In this document: piece after piece, positions 63,830 to 64,000 of the stretch | Position numbering within the stretch: position 1 is the stretch's first letter | Layout: the number at the start of each line of letters is the position of its first letter | Assembly: GCA_043228905.1 (NCBI GenBank) | Contig: JBHGNT010000008.1 | Span: forward strand, 5,394,001-5,458,000 | Length of the DNA: 64,000 bases | Direction: 5' to 3' | Source: Azolla caroliniana | Lineage: Eukaryota > Plantae > Polypodiophyta | Translations under genes and position numbers: made by a program | Notes under the pieces: model-generated | What the model was told of the DNA's origin: nothing | What the model saw: only the letters and a program-made list of their open reading frames with translations | The model's database searches: none

Positions 63830-64000
63830 TGTCATAACTAGACTCGAACCCATAACCTTTTGTTACACGGGTCGAGACTTTACCATTAGGTTATGAGTTG
63901 TAATTTGAAGGATATTATTTTCATTTAGGTTTTATTAGGAAATTGATGTATATTCCAGATTTCTCTGGAACATTCTAGAAACTTCAGGAGTATTCCTGAA
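63830..64000 (+). repeat. Tcn1-like LTR start, cut by window end
   Basis: TGTCATAAC start; tgtatattccag.tt.ctctggaacattctagaaacttcaggagta matches ~1470-1515. Confidence 0.85.

Overview
Gene-free, heterochromatin-type plant DNA made almost entirely of nested, mostly decayed transposable elements. The mix of Tcn1-like chromoviruses and Sola-like DNA transposons suggests a moss such as Physcomitrium (inference). Reconstructed nesting in the left half: a Copia (5133-32297) contains a Tcn1-like Gypsy (8024-31801), which contains a Copia solo LTR and an ~11-kb (net) TIR-bounded Sola2-like DNA transposon (10283-28247, CAAT TSD), which contains a full-length young chromovirus (10812-17792, AAGGA TSD). 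The right half holds a Sola1-like transposase relic, another Tcn1-like element, a rearranged cluster of one Copia family, fungal-like non-chromoviral Gypsy pieces and more Copia/Gypsy fragments. Best candidates for new biology: (i) the Sola2-like transposon carries a multi-exon accessory gene with a RING-H2-like finger and an FCP1/SCP (NIF) phosphatase-like domain, with a palindromic satellite located inside its introns; (ii) nine tRNA-like A-box/B-box modules with constant 32-34 nt spacing sit in the LTRs of two unrelated coding Gypsy clades, eight of them antisense in U3; (iii) a -1 frameshift signal (slippery heptamer plus possible pseudoknot) between gag-pro and pol. Family names come from motif recognition by eye, not from database searches.
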